From the NCBI GenBank assembly GCA_964352085.1, contig CAYGPN010000002.1, positions 9,545 to 73,544 of the forward strand: a stretch of 64,000 nt of DNA, written 5' to 3'. This document shows positions 37,851-47,725 of the stretch, one piece after another. Position 1 is the first letter of the stretch. Each line of letters begins with the position of its first letter. Source of the DNA: an uncultured Gammaproteobacteria bacterium (GTDB taxonomy: Bacteria; Cyanobacteriota; Vampirovibrionia; LMEP-6097; CAYGPN01). Both the position numbers and the translations under genes were made by a program. The notes under the pieces are model-generated. The model worked only from the letters and a program-made list of their open reading frames with translations, did not search any database and had not been told where the DNA came from.

Positions 37851-39581
37851 CTACAATTCACCTTGATAATCATGCCCGCCAACTTGAAGAACTCTAATTA
37901 AACCCTCAAGTTTTTTGCGGCTATCATCTTGATCAGTATCAGCTGCTATTTTATTTGCTTCTACTGCAGCTTCCTGAGAATTATCAAAAGTAAAAAATAC
38001 TCTATCGCCTTGACTCAAACGGCATGATCTAATTAACTCATGTCCTGGCTTTGGACTTTGACTAAGAATTTTACTATTTGCTCCTGAAATAAAATCATTA
38101 ATTCCGCTAGGACCAACTCTAGAAATTGCTCTATTCCATCTAATGTAATTTCTATAAGTAGCTTGCCTAGATTTTTGCAATTCATCTACTTCTTTAGTAT
38201 TTTTAACATCAATAAGAAAAGATCTTGGCTCCTTAACTAATTTTTCAAAAGGACTTAAAACTTTAGTCTGGACAGGTCTGAGTAAAGCACCTAGTGAGAA
38301 AGATCTGTTTTTCTTCGCTGGAAGAGCAGGTCTCATTCTCATTTGTGTTTTAGCATTATTAACAAGTATCTCAAGCTCGCTCTGCTCTGCTTCTGGCCTT
38401 AAACCAGTAGAGTCACCAGCATCGTCGAGTGCTTTTAAAATAGGAAGAGTATTTAATCTATTTTGAAAACTAGGCAACTCAGCAATTATCTGCCTCATAG
38501 CACCCTCAACATCAGCTATTACACCACTATAGTTAAACTCTGAACTACTAGTAGATTCATCCTGTTTAAACTCTAAAATCACCTGATAGTTTTTTTCTTC
38601 AAGCTCTTCGCTCTCTTCATCCTTAAATTTTTCCTTAGAATAAAAACAAATTTCCTCATTAGAACTTCCTTCATTACTAATACTAGTAATAATTCCTATA
38701 CCTTCTAAAGCTTTTAATAAAAACTCTTTACTTTGAGCCAGATGAGGAAGCGTAATTTCCACATCAATAATATCTTTTGCAGCTTCTTGTTTTTTAGCTT
38801 CTAGTTCAGCAAGCTCTTCTTCTGCTTTAGCTAATTCAGCTTCATGAGCTTCTGCTAATTCAGCTTTTAATCTTGTAGACTCTTCTCTGTCTAATCTTTC
38901 TTGCTCTCTAGCTTTCCGAGCCTTCTCTGCTTCCTGAATTGCTCTTTGAGCTTCTTTATCTTTCTTTCGTCTAGCTTCAGCTAATTTAGCTTCATTTTCT
39001 AATCTTTCTTTTTCAGCTTTTTCTTTTGCTTCTTTAGCTTTTGCTTCAACTTGTCTTCTAAGTTTTCTAGCTTCTCTTTTACCAAGAGGCTTTTTCTTCT
39101 CTTTCTTTTTAGTCTCTTGACTTTGAGTTGTTTTAACTTTCTTACGTTTTTTAACTTTTACACGACTTTTCTTAATACGAGTATCGCGATCACGATTTTC
39201 TCTAATCTTGTCTCCAATAGGACCAGGTAAAAGATCAATTAAATCTTCAATAGCATCAGAATAAGCTAAGCTAGTCCAAGTCTTAGCCATTTTAGCTCCA
39301 CCAACTATCCATCCTTTAGGGCCGCCACTAGGAACCACCCATGGTATTTTTCTGCCAGACCCAATTTCTTTGTCGGTAAATAAAACTCTAAAATTCTCTG
39401 GTTCTTCTTCTAATAAAATCTCGCCAGCATATCTGTAATATCTTTCTTTTGCTTTTACTTCATCTACTGATGGTTGATCACTAGCAAGAGCAGTACTATC
39501 AGCAGGCTGACTTGCTTGCCCCTGACTATTATTTGCTCCAGATATACCCCCGATTTGATTCACAAGAATACATATTAACAT
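37851..39581 (-). CDS. Hypothetical protein with an extended Lys/Glu/Ala-rich coiled coil
   Basis: 576 aa with ~110-aa KEAKEKAEKERLENEAKLAEARRKKDKEA-type heptads and globular ends. Confidence 0.5.
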   Translation of the reverse strand: MLICILVNQIGGISGANNSQGQASQPADSTALASDQPSVDEVKAKERYYRYAGEILLEEEPENFRVLFTDKEIGSGRKIPWVVPSGGPKGWIVGGAKMAKTWTSLAYSDAIEDLIDLLPGPIGDKIRENRDRDTRIKKSRVKVKKRKKVKTTQSQETKKKEKKKPLGKREARKLRRQVEAKAKEAKEKAEKERLENEAKLAEARRKKDKEAQRAIQEAEKARKAREQERLDREESTRLKAELAEAHEAELAKAEEELAELEAKKQEAAKDIIDVEITLPHLAQSKEFLLKALEGIGIITSISNEGSSNEEICFYSKEKFKDEESEELEEKNYQVILEFKQDESTSSSEFNYSGVIADVEGAMRQIIAELPSFQNRLNTLPILKALDDAGDSTGLRPEAEQSELEILVNNAKTQMRMRPALPAKKNRSFSLGALLRPVQTKVLSPFEKLVKEPRSFLIDVKNTKEVDELQKSRQATYRNYIRWNRAISRVGPSGINDFISGANSKILSQSPKPGHELIRSCRLSQGDRVFFTFDNSQEAAVEANKIAADTDQDDSRKKLEGLIRVLQVGGHDYQGEL

Positions 39582-39626
39582 ATGAGTATTGACTTAGCAA
39601 GTCTTGGGTTTAAAAAATAGAAAATA

Positions 39627-39656
39627 AAAAGCCCAGCTGAAAAATCAAGCTGGGCT
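39627..39656 (-). terminator. Rho-independent terminator after speD
   Basis: agcccagct-gaaaaatca-agctgggct with A/T tracts on both sides. Confidence 0.6.
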
Positions 39657-39681
39657 TTAAGTTTATATATTATTCTTTTAG

Positions 39682-40119
39682 TTAAGCTGCTACAAGCTGA
39701 GTGTAGTGCTGCTTGCGCTCTGATTCAATAATCACACCAGCTTTACCGATAGAGCGAGGGAATTCTCTTCCTCTCATAATCATTTGCTCATCCCAAGACT
39801 CTGGCTCAAAAGTTTTAACTATCTCATCGACAGCAACTCTAACATCAAAATCTTTGCAAGAAAAAATATCAACAGTGATAAAACCTTTATCAGGGAAAGT
39901 ATGAATAGCTATGTGACTTTCAGCGATAAGTACAACACCACTTAGTCCCCAATCTTCTTTTACTTCACCATCTTGAAATTTAAAACAGTAAGGAGGCATT
40001 ATCTTTGTCATTTCCATCTGCCCTGGTAATCTATCTAAAAGTTCGCTTAAAAGTCCCATATCCATTAGGGTTTCTTTCTTACAGCCAGATGCTTCCATCA
40101 TTAGGTGTGGACCAAACAT
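39682..40119 (-). CDS. speD: S-adenosylmethionine decarboxylase proenzyme (class 1b)
   Basis: ESHIAIHTFPDKG processing/pyruvoyl-site motif; 145 aa. Confidence 0.8.
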   Translation of the reverse strand: MFGPHLMMEASGCKKETLMDMGLLSELLDRLPGQMEMTKIMPPYCFKFQDGEVKEDWGLSGVVLIAESHIAIHTFPDKGFITVDIFSCKDFDVRVAVDEIVKTFEPESWDEQMIMRGREFPRSIGKAGVIIESERKQHYTQLVAA

Positions 40120-40375
40120 GTTTTACCTCCAATTAAGCTAATCAACTACTCTTTTCATATAAAAAATCCTGACTAAACAAGTTTTTTCAACAGGACTAAA
40201 TAATAGCCAATAATGTGTATTTAAAACAGAGTAAATTATAAATAAATAGTAAAAAAGCAGAAAAATCAAGCTTTTGCAAGGGTTCTCACCCATGACTATA
40301 CATATCGATACAATCTGTGTTACAATATGCATAGCTATATTTCAATTGAAGGATTAAAAGAAAAGTAATACATAA

Positions 40376-41104
40376 ATGGCCAGCACTTCTACCACTGCTA
40401 ATAGAGCCCAGACAACGAATGCTAATGCAGGATTTGCTGACACTCGCACAAAAGCTCAGCACGATCATCATCACAGATCATCGCCAACAGAAAATAAAAA
40501 AGTTAAAGCAAGCAATATAACAGTCGAGCCTATAAATTTAGAAGAGCTTCATGCAGCAAAAGATGTAGACCCATCTAAACCAATGCAATTAGATCCTATT
40601 AGTCCTACACCAAAATCAAAAGCTGATACTGCAGCTGGAAGATTAAAGGGCGCTGTAAGTGGTGGTCTTAAGTGGATTGCTCATAAAGGTATGTGGGGGG
40701 GTGGTATAGCTGCAATTGCTGGTTATATGATTTTAGGAAAAATTCTAGCGATACCTGGACTACTAGTAGCAATTCCATCAGCGATTATTTACTTTAGCCA
40801 ACCATCATCAAGTAAACAAAGTAAAGTCAATCACCAAGATTTTATATCCAAACTCCAAGAGTTAAAAAAAGAACCTCACAAACTAGAAAATAGATCAAGT
40901 AGTGAATTATTTGAAGAAATTTCTAAACAAGCAAACACTTTAAGCCCAGAACAAAAAGATGAAATTCTAGCTGAATTAATTGACATCAATGAAACAAAAT
41001 TTTTAGCACCACATGAATACCCAGATCAAAAATCAAGAGAAAATGCAGCTATCGTTAAAGCCAGCCTTGAAAGAGCTATTGCTGAACTGAGTCCTAGAGC
41101 TTAA
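40376..41104 (+). CDS. Hypothetical membrane protein with a single bilobed hydrophobic hairpin
   Basis: GMWGGGIAAIAGYMILGKILAIPGLLVAIPSAIIYF, flanked by hydrophilic disordered regions and a His-rich N-terminus. Confidence 0.45.
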   Translation: MASTSTTANRAQTTNANAGFADTRTKAQHDHHHRSSPTENKKVKASNITVEPINLEELHAAKDVDPSKPMQLDPISPTPKSKADTAAGRLKGAVSGGLKWIAHKGMWGGGIAAIAGYMILGKILAIPGLLVAIPSAIIYFSQPSSSKQSKVNHQDFISKLQELKKEPHKLENRSSSELFEEISKQANTLSPEQKDEILAELIDINETKFLAPHEYPDQKSRENAAIVKASLERAIAELSPRA

Positions 41105-41805
41105 TTGAAAGGAATAATTAGTTTTTGACCAATCTGAAGCGAGCGAGCGTTATTGATATTATTAGCAAGCTTAATTTTTTTAATTAACTGATAATTATAT
41201 TCGCCATAAAACTTAACAGCAATTTTCTCAATCGTATCACCGCTCTTCACTTTATATTCCATTACAGAACCTTCAGCATTTAGAAGTGGTGAGTTAGCAA
41301 CAATATCTTTTGCTCCATCTGGTTTCACTTGGATATTTTCGATACGAATATCTTCGCTCGTCATATCTTCAACAGTTTTATCTTCCTCTGCAGCAGGCTT
41401 TTTGCCTTCTTTTTCTTGTGGGAGGCTTGCTGTCTCACCATTAACTATGACGACTGTATCGCCATCAGTACTATAGCTTTTAGCATTTGGAGAAACCAAA
41501 CTGAAAATCAAGACAAAAAGTAAAACTATAAGAGCAACAACTATTCCAACTATCCAAGTCGAATACTTTTCTCTTTTTTTATCGCTCAAAAGGTTGGATT
41601 GGACAGGAACCCAAAAATCATGAATATCCATCTCTGGATTTCCAGTTCTGATTTTTTTAAGTCCTAGCTCTTGCTGAACTTCTGATGATAAAAATTTATT
41701 GACGCCTTTTTTAAAGGTCTTCTTTATATCTTTTTGAATATTTTTGGGTAGTAGTTGCGAAAAATTCATCTTAGTTTTGGGATATCCCCTTAGATACTTT
41801 ATCAA
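41101..41805 (-). CDS. LysM-domain membrane protein
   Basis: A C-terminal LysM (YKVKSGDTIEKIAVKFYGE...LQIGQKLIIP) and one TM helix. Confidence 0.6.
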   Translation of the reverse strand: MIKYLRGYPKTKMNFSQLLPKNIQKDIKKTFKKGVNKFLSSEVQQELGLKKIRTGNPEMDIHDFWVPVQSNLLSDKKREKYSTWIVGIVVALIVLLFVLIFSLVSPNAKSYSTDGDTVVIVNGETASLPQEKEGKKPAAEEDKTVEDMTSEDIRIENIQVKPDGAKDIVANSPLLNAEGSVMEYKVKSGDTIEKIAVKFYGEYNYQLIKKIKLANNINNARSLQIGQKLIIPFN

Positions 41806-43354
41806 GAAATACAGTGTCCATAGGATTTACGCTAAGACCTTTAATATTGTCTTTTTTTAGAAGGATCTGAGTATTGATAAATATAGGTGCAATAGCCATA
41901 TCATCTGTAGTTAATATCTTTTCAGCTTTTCTGTATAGCGCCTTGCGGGTTTTATTATCTGTGATCGCTGCTGCCTTATCAACTAAGATGTCATATTCTA
42001 GATTCGTCCATTTGCCATGATTAATCGGATTAGTGCTAGTAAAGAGCTGCATAAAAGTATCGGGGTCAGGATAATCCGCGCCCCAATTTAAGCGAAAAAG
42101 ATGCGGCGGGTCACGCTGAAGATTATCTAGAAAAACCTTCCATTCCATAGCTATAAGCTTTACTTCTATCCCAAGCTCTTCTTTCCACAGTGACTGAGCA
42201 GTTTCAGCCAAAAGCTTAGCTGATTCGGTACTAGGATATAAAAACTCGACTTCAGGAAAAGCTTTGCCTGGAAGATCGATCTTTTTATTTTTTATTTTTA
42301 CAGCGAAGCCAGCTTGGTTTAAAAACTGACGCGCAAGCTCAGGCTTATAATCTAAACCTTTAGAAGCATCAAAAAACTCTGGTAAACCTGGTGGTATCCA
42401 AGTTGCATTCGGGACTTCGCCCTTACCTAAAACTTTTGGGAAAATTTCTCTATTCATTGCATAGGAAAAAGCTCTTCGCACAAGCTTATTATCAAAAGGT
42501 TTTTTAAGAGTATTAAATCCTATATAAGTGTTTCTAAGAAGAGGCGCCATCAGCACATCTTTTCTCGCTCGTATATTTCTTACTTCACTATTTGGAATTG
42601 ATCTTCCATCAATCCAATCAAACTGCCCATTTTCAAAAAGTGTAAAAGCGCTTGATTGCTCAGGGACCATAAAGAATTTTAGGTATTTAATTTTTGCTGG
42701 GCTAAGCGCAAAATCATCATTACGTTCAAGCAATATTTTATACTCATGTTGCCATTCTTTAAGTGTATAAGGACCGTTAGTGACAAGGTTTTCAGGCTCA
42801 GTCCAATCATCGCCATATTTTTCTATTAAATCTTTTCTAATAGGGAGCATCAAACCATAAGAAGTTAAGCCTATAAAATACGCTGCTGGGTACTTTAATT
42901 GAATTATTAGCGTTTTATCATCAAGTGCTTTTGTCTCATTTAAATCAATCATCGAAAGCAGGTCAGCATAAGGCGCGCCTGTTTTAGGGTCAAGCAAACG
43001 CACGAAAGCATCTACAAAATGTTGAGCAACTAAAGGCACTCCATCAGTCCATTTAGCATCAACCAAATGAAAAATAAACTCTCTAGCATCAGCGCTCACT
43101 TCCCAATGCGACGCCATCCCAGGACCAGAGCTACTATCATCACGGTAGCGAGTAAGCCCAACCATCAAATTACTAATAACATCGAAAGAATAACTATCAC
43201 TAGCAAGATGCCAATCAAGACTCTGAGGCTCAAAGCCAAGATTAGAATTTAAAGTGTCACTTTGATTTTGAAGATTCGAGCATGAGCTTAAAGATAGAAC
43301 TAAAAAAAGTACCAGAAAAAGCTTATTAAATTTTACTAGAAACCCTTTTACCAT
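41771..43354 (-). CDS. ABC transporter substrate-binding lipoprotein, family 5 (Opp/Dpp-like)
   Basis: 527 aa with a lipobox LSSCS and the SBP_bac_5 architecture. Confidence 0.75.
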   Translation of the reverse strand: MVKGFLVKFNKLFLVLFLVLSLSSCSNLQNQSDTLNSNLGFEPQSLDWHLASDSYSFDVISNLMVGLTRYRDDSSSGPGMASHWEVSADAREFIFHLVDAKWTDGVPLVAQHFVDAFVRLLDPKTGAPYADLLSMIDLNETKALDDKTLIIQLKYPAAYFIGLTSYGLMLPIRKDLIEKYGDDWTEPENLVTNGPYTLKEWQHEYKILLERNDDFALSPAKIKYLKFFMVPEQSSAFTLFENGQFDWIDGRSIPNSEVRNIRARKDVLMAPLLRNTYIGFNTLKKPFDNKLVRRAFSYAMNREIFPKVLGKGEVPNATWIPPGLPEFFDASKGLDYKPELARQFLNQAGFAVKIKNKKIDLPGKAFPEVEFLYPSTESAKLLAETAQSLWKEELGIEVKLIAMEWKVFLDNLQRDPPHLFRLNWGADYPDPDTFMQLFTSTNPINHGKWTNLEYDILVDKAAAITDNKTRKALYRKAEKILTTDDMAIAPIFINTQILLKKDNIKGLSVNPMDTVFLDKVSKGISQN

Positions 43355-43355
43355 A

Positions 43356-44216
43356 CTAATTTCTCGGTGTCACCGCACTTTCAAAACTTACTGTGGTCTT
43401 GCTAATTTCATCCACTAGATTTACTTGAACTTGAAAAAGATTTTTGGCTTGCGGCGAAAAGCTATAGTAAAAGTCTGATTGATAAAGAGAAAATTCTGGG
43501 CTTTGATCTTGAACCTTTGCAAAAGATAAGTATGAAGTGTCAGATTCTTTTTTTACTTTATTCGGGTCAGGTACTAAATTACCAAGCTCATCATAGAAAA
43601 ATGGGTTAATTGCTCTTTTTTCTCTTTCTTCTTTAGTTTGGTCTTGCGGTAAATAATTAACACCTAAACTAATGATGGGCGGCAAGAAAGGCCATGTTTT
43701 TCTAGGATCTTCAGTGTAAGCTCTAGACTGCTTTTTATAAACTAGGGATTTTAATTTTGCTCTGCCGTCATAATAATCATAATATTTTTCATCTTCTATA
43801 TCTTTAGATTCATAACTAATTCTTGCTACGTAATAAAGGTAGTAATCGTAGTCCTGGACTTTAAGACCACCAGCTTCGCCATCGACTACATTTGGTTTAG
43901 CAAAATAAAGATAGGGCTTATTATCATAAGCATCAGCAGGCAACGGGACCGCAATGTTAAATCCTGTCTCAGTAAAAATATGATCACGACTAGCCATTCT
44001 AATCTTATTTATCATTGACTCAAGAGATGATCTAGCGTTTGCTTGAAGCATCGCGGATTGAAGTCCTTTGTTGTAGTATTTATTACCGCGCTTGTTGTAG
44101 AAAAATAAAAGACCAACCACACCTGAGATTAAAGAAATCACAATCATCAGCTCAACTAAGGTAAAACCTAATGATCTTCTTTTAAAATTTGATTCTTGTG
44201 GATTAGTTCTTTGCAA
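43356..44216 (-). CDS. Prepilin-type N-terminal cleavage/methylation-domain protein (pilin or pseudopilin-like)
   Basis: A 17-aa leader, then G/FTLVELMIVISLISGVV, and a Tyr-rich globular part; 286 aa. Confidence 0.6.
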   Translation of the reverse strand: MQRTNPQESNFKRRSLGFTLVELMIVISLISGVVGLLFFYNKRGNKYYNKGLQSAMLQANARSSLESMINKIRMASRDHIFTETGFNIAVPLPADAYDNKPYLYFAKPNVVDGEAGGLKVQDYDYYLYYVARISYESKDIEDEKYYDYYDGRAKLKSLVYKKQSRAYTEDPRKTWPFLPPIISLGVNYLPQDQTKEEREKRAINPFFYDELGNLVPDPNKVKKESDTSYLSFAKVQDQSPEFSLYQSDFYYSFSPQAKNLFQVQVNLVDEISKTTVSFESAVTPRN

Positions 44217-44278
44217 TATTAACCAATTATTTTTAATAAGCTGCTTTTAGATTTCAGGCTTACGCTATTATTATACAG

Positions 44279-44848
44279 ATGCCCATTTTACTAGGAATAA
44301 CGGGGAATATCGGCTGCGGCAAATCATTAGTGGGCACACTTTTTTCTGATCATGGCATCCCTGTAATTGATAGCGATCACATCACCCACGATTTATACGA
44401 AAACGATAAAAGCGTGCAGGGCGAAATTTTAAAGCACTTTGGGACATTAGATAGAAAAGAAATCGGGAAAGTCGTTTTTAATGACGCAAAAAAGAAAAAG
44501 CTATTAGAAGCAATTATTCACCCGAAAGTCGCTGAGAACCTAGGGAAATGGATGCGCAAAAATTCTGATCATCCAATTTTAGTAAACTTAGTACCCCTAC
44601 TTTTTGAAGCAAAGCTTGAAGATCGTTTTGATAAAATCCTTACTGTTTACACTGATGAAAAAATACAACTAGAAAGAGTCCAAAGCAGACACCCTGAGCT
44701 CACAAAAGAAGAGATTATTAAGCGAATCAAATCCCAGATGGATCAAGATGAGAAGAAAGCCAGAGCTGATTATCTAATCGACAACTCTGGAAATATGGAT
44801 GAGACCATGAAACAGGTGGATAAACTCATCAAAGAACTAGAGAAATAA
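44279..44848 (+). CDS. coaE: Dephospho-CoA kinase
   Basis: GITGNIGCGKS P-loop; 189 aa. Confidence 0.85.
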   Translation: MPILLGITGNIGCGKSLVGTLFSDHGIPVIDSDHITHDLYENDKSVQGEILKHFGTLDRKEIGKVVFNDAKKKKLLEAIIHPKVAENLGKWMRKNSDHPILVNLVPLLFEAKLEDRFDKILTVYTDEKIQLERVQSRHPELTKEEIIKRIKSQMDQDEKKARADYLIDNSGNMDETMKQVDKLIKELEK

Positions 44849-44854
44849 ATTAGC

Positions 44855-44945
44855 TCGTCATCGTCACTGCGAGCCCGAAGGGCGCGGCAATCTATGGATT
44901 GCTTCGCTCTGCTCGCAATGACGACTAATTGCTCGCAATGACAGG
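44855..44945. repeat. Palindromic intergenic repeat, copy 6
   Basis: cgtcactgcgagcccgaagggcgcggcaatctatggattgcttcgctctgctcgcaatgacgactaattgctcgcaatgac. Confidence 0.8.
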
Positions 44946-45017
44946 CATTTTCAGCTTTTTCTACAATTTGACGTATTACGGGTTCACAAGACCAAAAAAT
45001 TATGCTATAGTATAAAA

Positions 45018-45047
45018 ATACACCGAATTAAGAGCGGTGTTTTTTTG
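45018..45047 (+). terminator. Hairpin plus T-tract (terminator-like)
   Basis: acaccg-aattaaga-gcggtgt followed by T7. Confidence 0.4.
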
Positions 45048-45158
45048 TATCAATTTTCAGAAAATACGTATTAAATTTGATATAATATTTATATAAAGGG
45101 GAAACGAGCCATTAGAGTTCAAAAAATATCAATCAATCCAATACCAGCTTCTGTAAAA

Positions 45159-45434
45159 ATGCAGAAGCAGTTAGAGATTGCTAAAGCTATTAAAGAACTT
45201 GGTAAAGTTGATGCTACAACCAGAGATCCTCGAGAGCAGATTAAAATGCCAGCTCCAGAGAAACAAGCTGCTGAAAGACAATCTACAGTAAACCTTAAAA
45301 ATCCAGTTCAATCTCAAGCTATAGATAAAAACCTTATCCCTCAAGCTACTGCTCCAAGACTAAGTAATGAGCAAGTTCAAGCTAAAAAAGAGTCATTCAG
45401 AAGAGATGGCTGCGCATTAGCTAGAGCTAAATAA
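45159..45434 (+). CDS. Hypothetical small protein (first gene of the islet)
   Basis: 91 aa, Q/K-rich. Confidence 0.35.
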   Translation: MQKQLEIAKAIKELGKVDATTRDPREQIKMPAPEKQAAERQSTVNLKNPVQSQAIDKNLIPQATAPRLSNEQVQAKKESFRRDGCALARAK

Positions 45435-45543
45435 GTATTTTATTGCTTGGCTTTTTTATTATTTAACAAAAAAGTATTGACCATTAACCCTTAAATGATA
45501 TAAGATCTTCACTTGTGCAAGCTATTATGAGCAGGGGGAAATA

Positions 45544-47289
45544 ATGACAGGCGTTAATAGACCGGGTTTTGGACAAGCAGATCCAGATCCAAAAAAATCA
45601 AAAAAAACAGAAGAGCCAGTAAAGGGTGATGAAACCGCTGCTTTAAATCCAGGCGAGCTAGAAGAGCTAGCAAAAACTTATGGCACAGATGCTCAAACCG
45701 TAAGAAAAGCAGAAAGAAAAGGCAAGGCTCCTACAAGAAAAAGATCTCAGCCTTCTGCACAAAATCCTATAAGAATAGACCAAAAACAATTTGAAGCTTT
45801 GATTAGTCAGGGCAGAAGAGATTTTGAGAATTGCATATTCACAAGTCTAGATTTCACAAAAATTGGAAAAAATAACTTCTCTAATTTTGAATTCACAAAC
45901 TGTCAATTTACTGATATTAATGCTAAAGAAACTATCTTTGACAAAGCTAGTTTAAAAAACTGTATATTTAGTGTTGATTCTAATTTGTCTGGAGCTAGCT
46001 TTAAAGGAGCAGATTTAAGACAAACTAATTTTGATACTGCAAATTTAAATAGCGCAGATTTTTCAATATTGGATGATCGCAGAACGGATTTAACTAACGC
46101 TTCATTCAATTCCTGTGATTTAAATAAAGCAAATTTTCACGGAGCTGTTTTAGATAGAACTAGTTTTTTACGAGTTTGCTCTGCAATTAAAGCCAATTTT
46201 AGAAGCGCGTATTTAAAAAACGCTACTCTAGAAGGGGTGTACGAAGAGGCTAATTTTACAAATTCTGATCTAACACAAGCCACACTAAAAAATAGTATTT
46301 TCAACAAAGCTAATTTTGAAAGCGCTAAGCTTAATTTAGCAAATTTAGAAAACGCAAAGTTTAATAACGCAAAATTAAACAAAGCTAGCATTAAAGAAGC
46401 TAACTTAAAAAAGGCTAGCTTTGTCGGCGCTAAAGGTAAAGAGCTTTCTTTTCAGGGCTCTGAACTGAAGGAAGCAAACTTTGAAAACGCAAATATGCCT
46501 AAAGTGAACCTTCAGGATTGCTCCATGGAACAGTGCTCCTTAAAAGGTGCGGAGCTTAAAAAAGCCCAACTCTCTGGCTCAATTCTAATAAGAGTAAATG
46601 CTGAAAATGTAGACTTAAGTGGAGCTGATCTAAGCTACAGTCCAATTTCTTACCGAAGGTTTGGCAAATTAGTAGAAAGAGAGCAAACTCAAATACGATA
46701 CTCAAAATTTGATGATGCAAAGTTTAAAGAAGCAAATCTATCAGGAACTAAAATTAGAGCTTCTTACTTTAATGGTGCTAATTTTCATGAATCGAATTTC
46801 AATAAGGCAGAGCTTGGGCAGTCTTTCTTTAACACTAGCGAGATTGAAAATGACTTCGGAAAAAAGAAAAAGAAAAGTGCTGATCTGGAATTTTCAAAAT
46901 TTAAAGATGCAAAAGTCTATGACTGCGAGTTTATGTCTGCTCTAATGAGAGAAACTAATTTTAGAGGAGCAACTTTAGTGAAATCACAATTCAACAATGC
47001 TGAGCTCATTAAAGCACTCTTTAATACCAAACTAAGTAAAATTGGTCATTGTGACTTTGATAATGCCAAATTTGATAAAACAGATTTTAGCAGTTCATTA
47101 CTGCATGAAAATCTATGGACTAGAAAATACGAAGATAGAATCTATAAAAATAATGCTGGTGTTGAATACACAGTTTTAGATGATCTATATTACCTAGATC
47201 GAGAGAAAATGATGCTAAGTAAAGCAAAAGAGTCCCTGCCAACATTAAATGAAGATAAGGCACGCAAAGAAAAGGCGAATAATAGCTGA
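45544..47289 (+). CDS. Pentapeptide-repeat protein
   Basis: 581 aa with dozens of A(D/N)LxxA(N/K)F-type pentapeptide units, a K-rich disordered N-terminus, and an AGGGGG SD. Confidence 0.7.
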   Translation: MTGVNRPGFGQADPDPKKSKKTEEPVKGDETAALNPGELEELAKTYGTDAQTVRKAERKGKAPTRKRSQPSAQNPIRIDQKQFEALISQGRRDFENCIFTSLDFTKIGKNNFSNFEFTNCQFTDINAKETIFDKASLKNCIFSVDSNLSGASFKGADLRQTNFDTANLNSADFSILDDRRTDLTNASFNSCDLNKANFHGAVLDRTSFLRVCSAIKANFRSAYLKNATLEGVYEEANFTNSDLTQATLKNSIFNKANFESAKLNLANLENAKFNNAKLNKASIKEANLKKASFVGAKGKELSFQGSELKEANFENANMPKVNLQDCSMEQCSLKGAELKKAQLSGSILIRVNAENVDLSGADLSYSPISYRRFGKLVEREQTQIRYSKFDDAKFKEANLSGTKIRASYFNGANFHESNFNKAELGQSFFNTSEIENDFGKKKKKSADLEFSKFKDAKVYDCEFMSALMRETNFRGATLVKSQFNNAELIKALFNTKLSKIGHCDFDNAKFDKTDFSSSLLHENLWTRKYEDRIYKNNAGVEYTVLDDLYYLDREKMMLSKAKESLPTLNEDKARKEKANNS

Positions 47290-47353
47290 TTTTGCTTATT
47301 GCAAGCCATTATCAATAAGTGATATAATTGGAATATACAGAAAGGAAAAAGCC

Positions 47354-47596
47354 ATGAATCAAGTAAATCCAACAGCATTACCTAAAGACTGGACTACTAT
47401 AACTACAGCAGGCCAAGAAGATTTAGCTTGGCTTGATGAGCTTAACAACATTGGTGGCACTGATGAGGCTGCAAAAACATCTATTCAGCAAATGAAAAAT
47501 GATAGACAAGACTCAGTTTTAGCTACTCAAAGTGAAACTGGTGCAGGCTCAGCTAATAGAGAAACTGGTGTTAAATTAGCTAAAGCTAATGGCTAA
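47354..47596 (+). CDS. Hypothetical small protein
   Basis: The ATG at 47354 with AGGAAAAA upstream is preferred over the track's 47249 start. A terminator follows. Confidence 0.3.
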   Translation: MNQVNPTALPKDWTTITTAGQEDLAWLDELNNIGGTDEAAKTSIQQMKNDRQDSVLATQSETGAGSANRETGVKLAKANG

Positions 47597-47623
47597 ACCT
47601 TCAATAAAATAAATTTTACTAAA

Positions 47624-47654
47624 AGACCAGGGAGATCCCCTGGTCTTTTTTTTA
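47624..47654 (+). terminator. Rho-independent terminator
   Basis: gaccaggg-agatc-ccctggtc followed by T8. Confidence 0.65.
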
Positions 47655-47725
47655 TCTCTTAAAATACTTCTTATCAATGCTTCTTATTAAATAGGCTGCA
47701 TAGAGTTTATATACAAGGAGTAATT

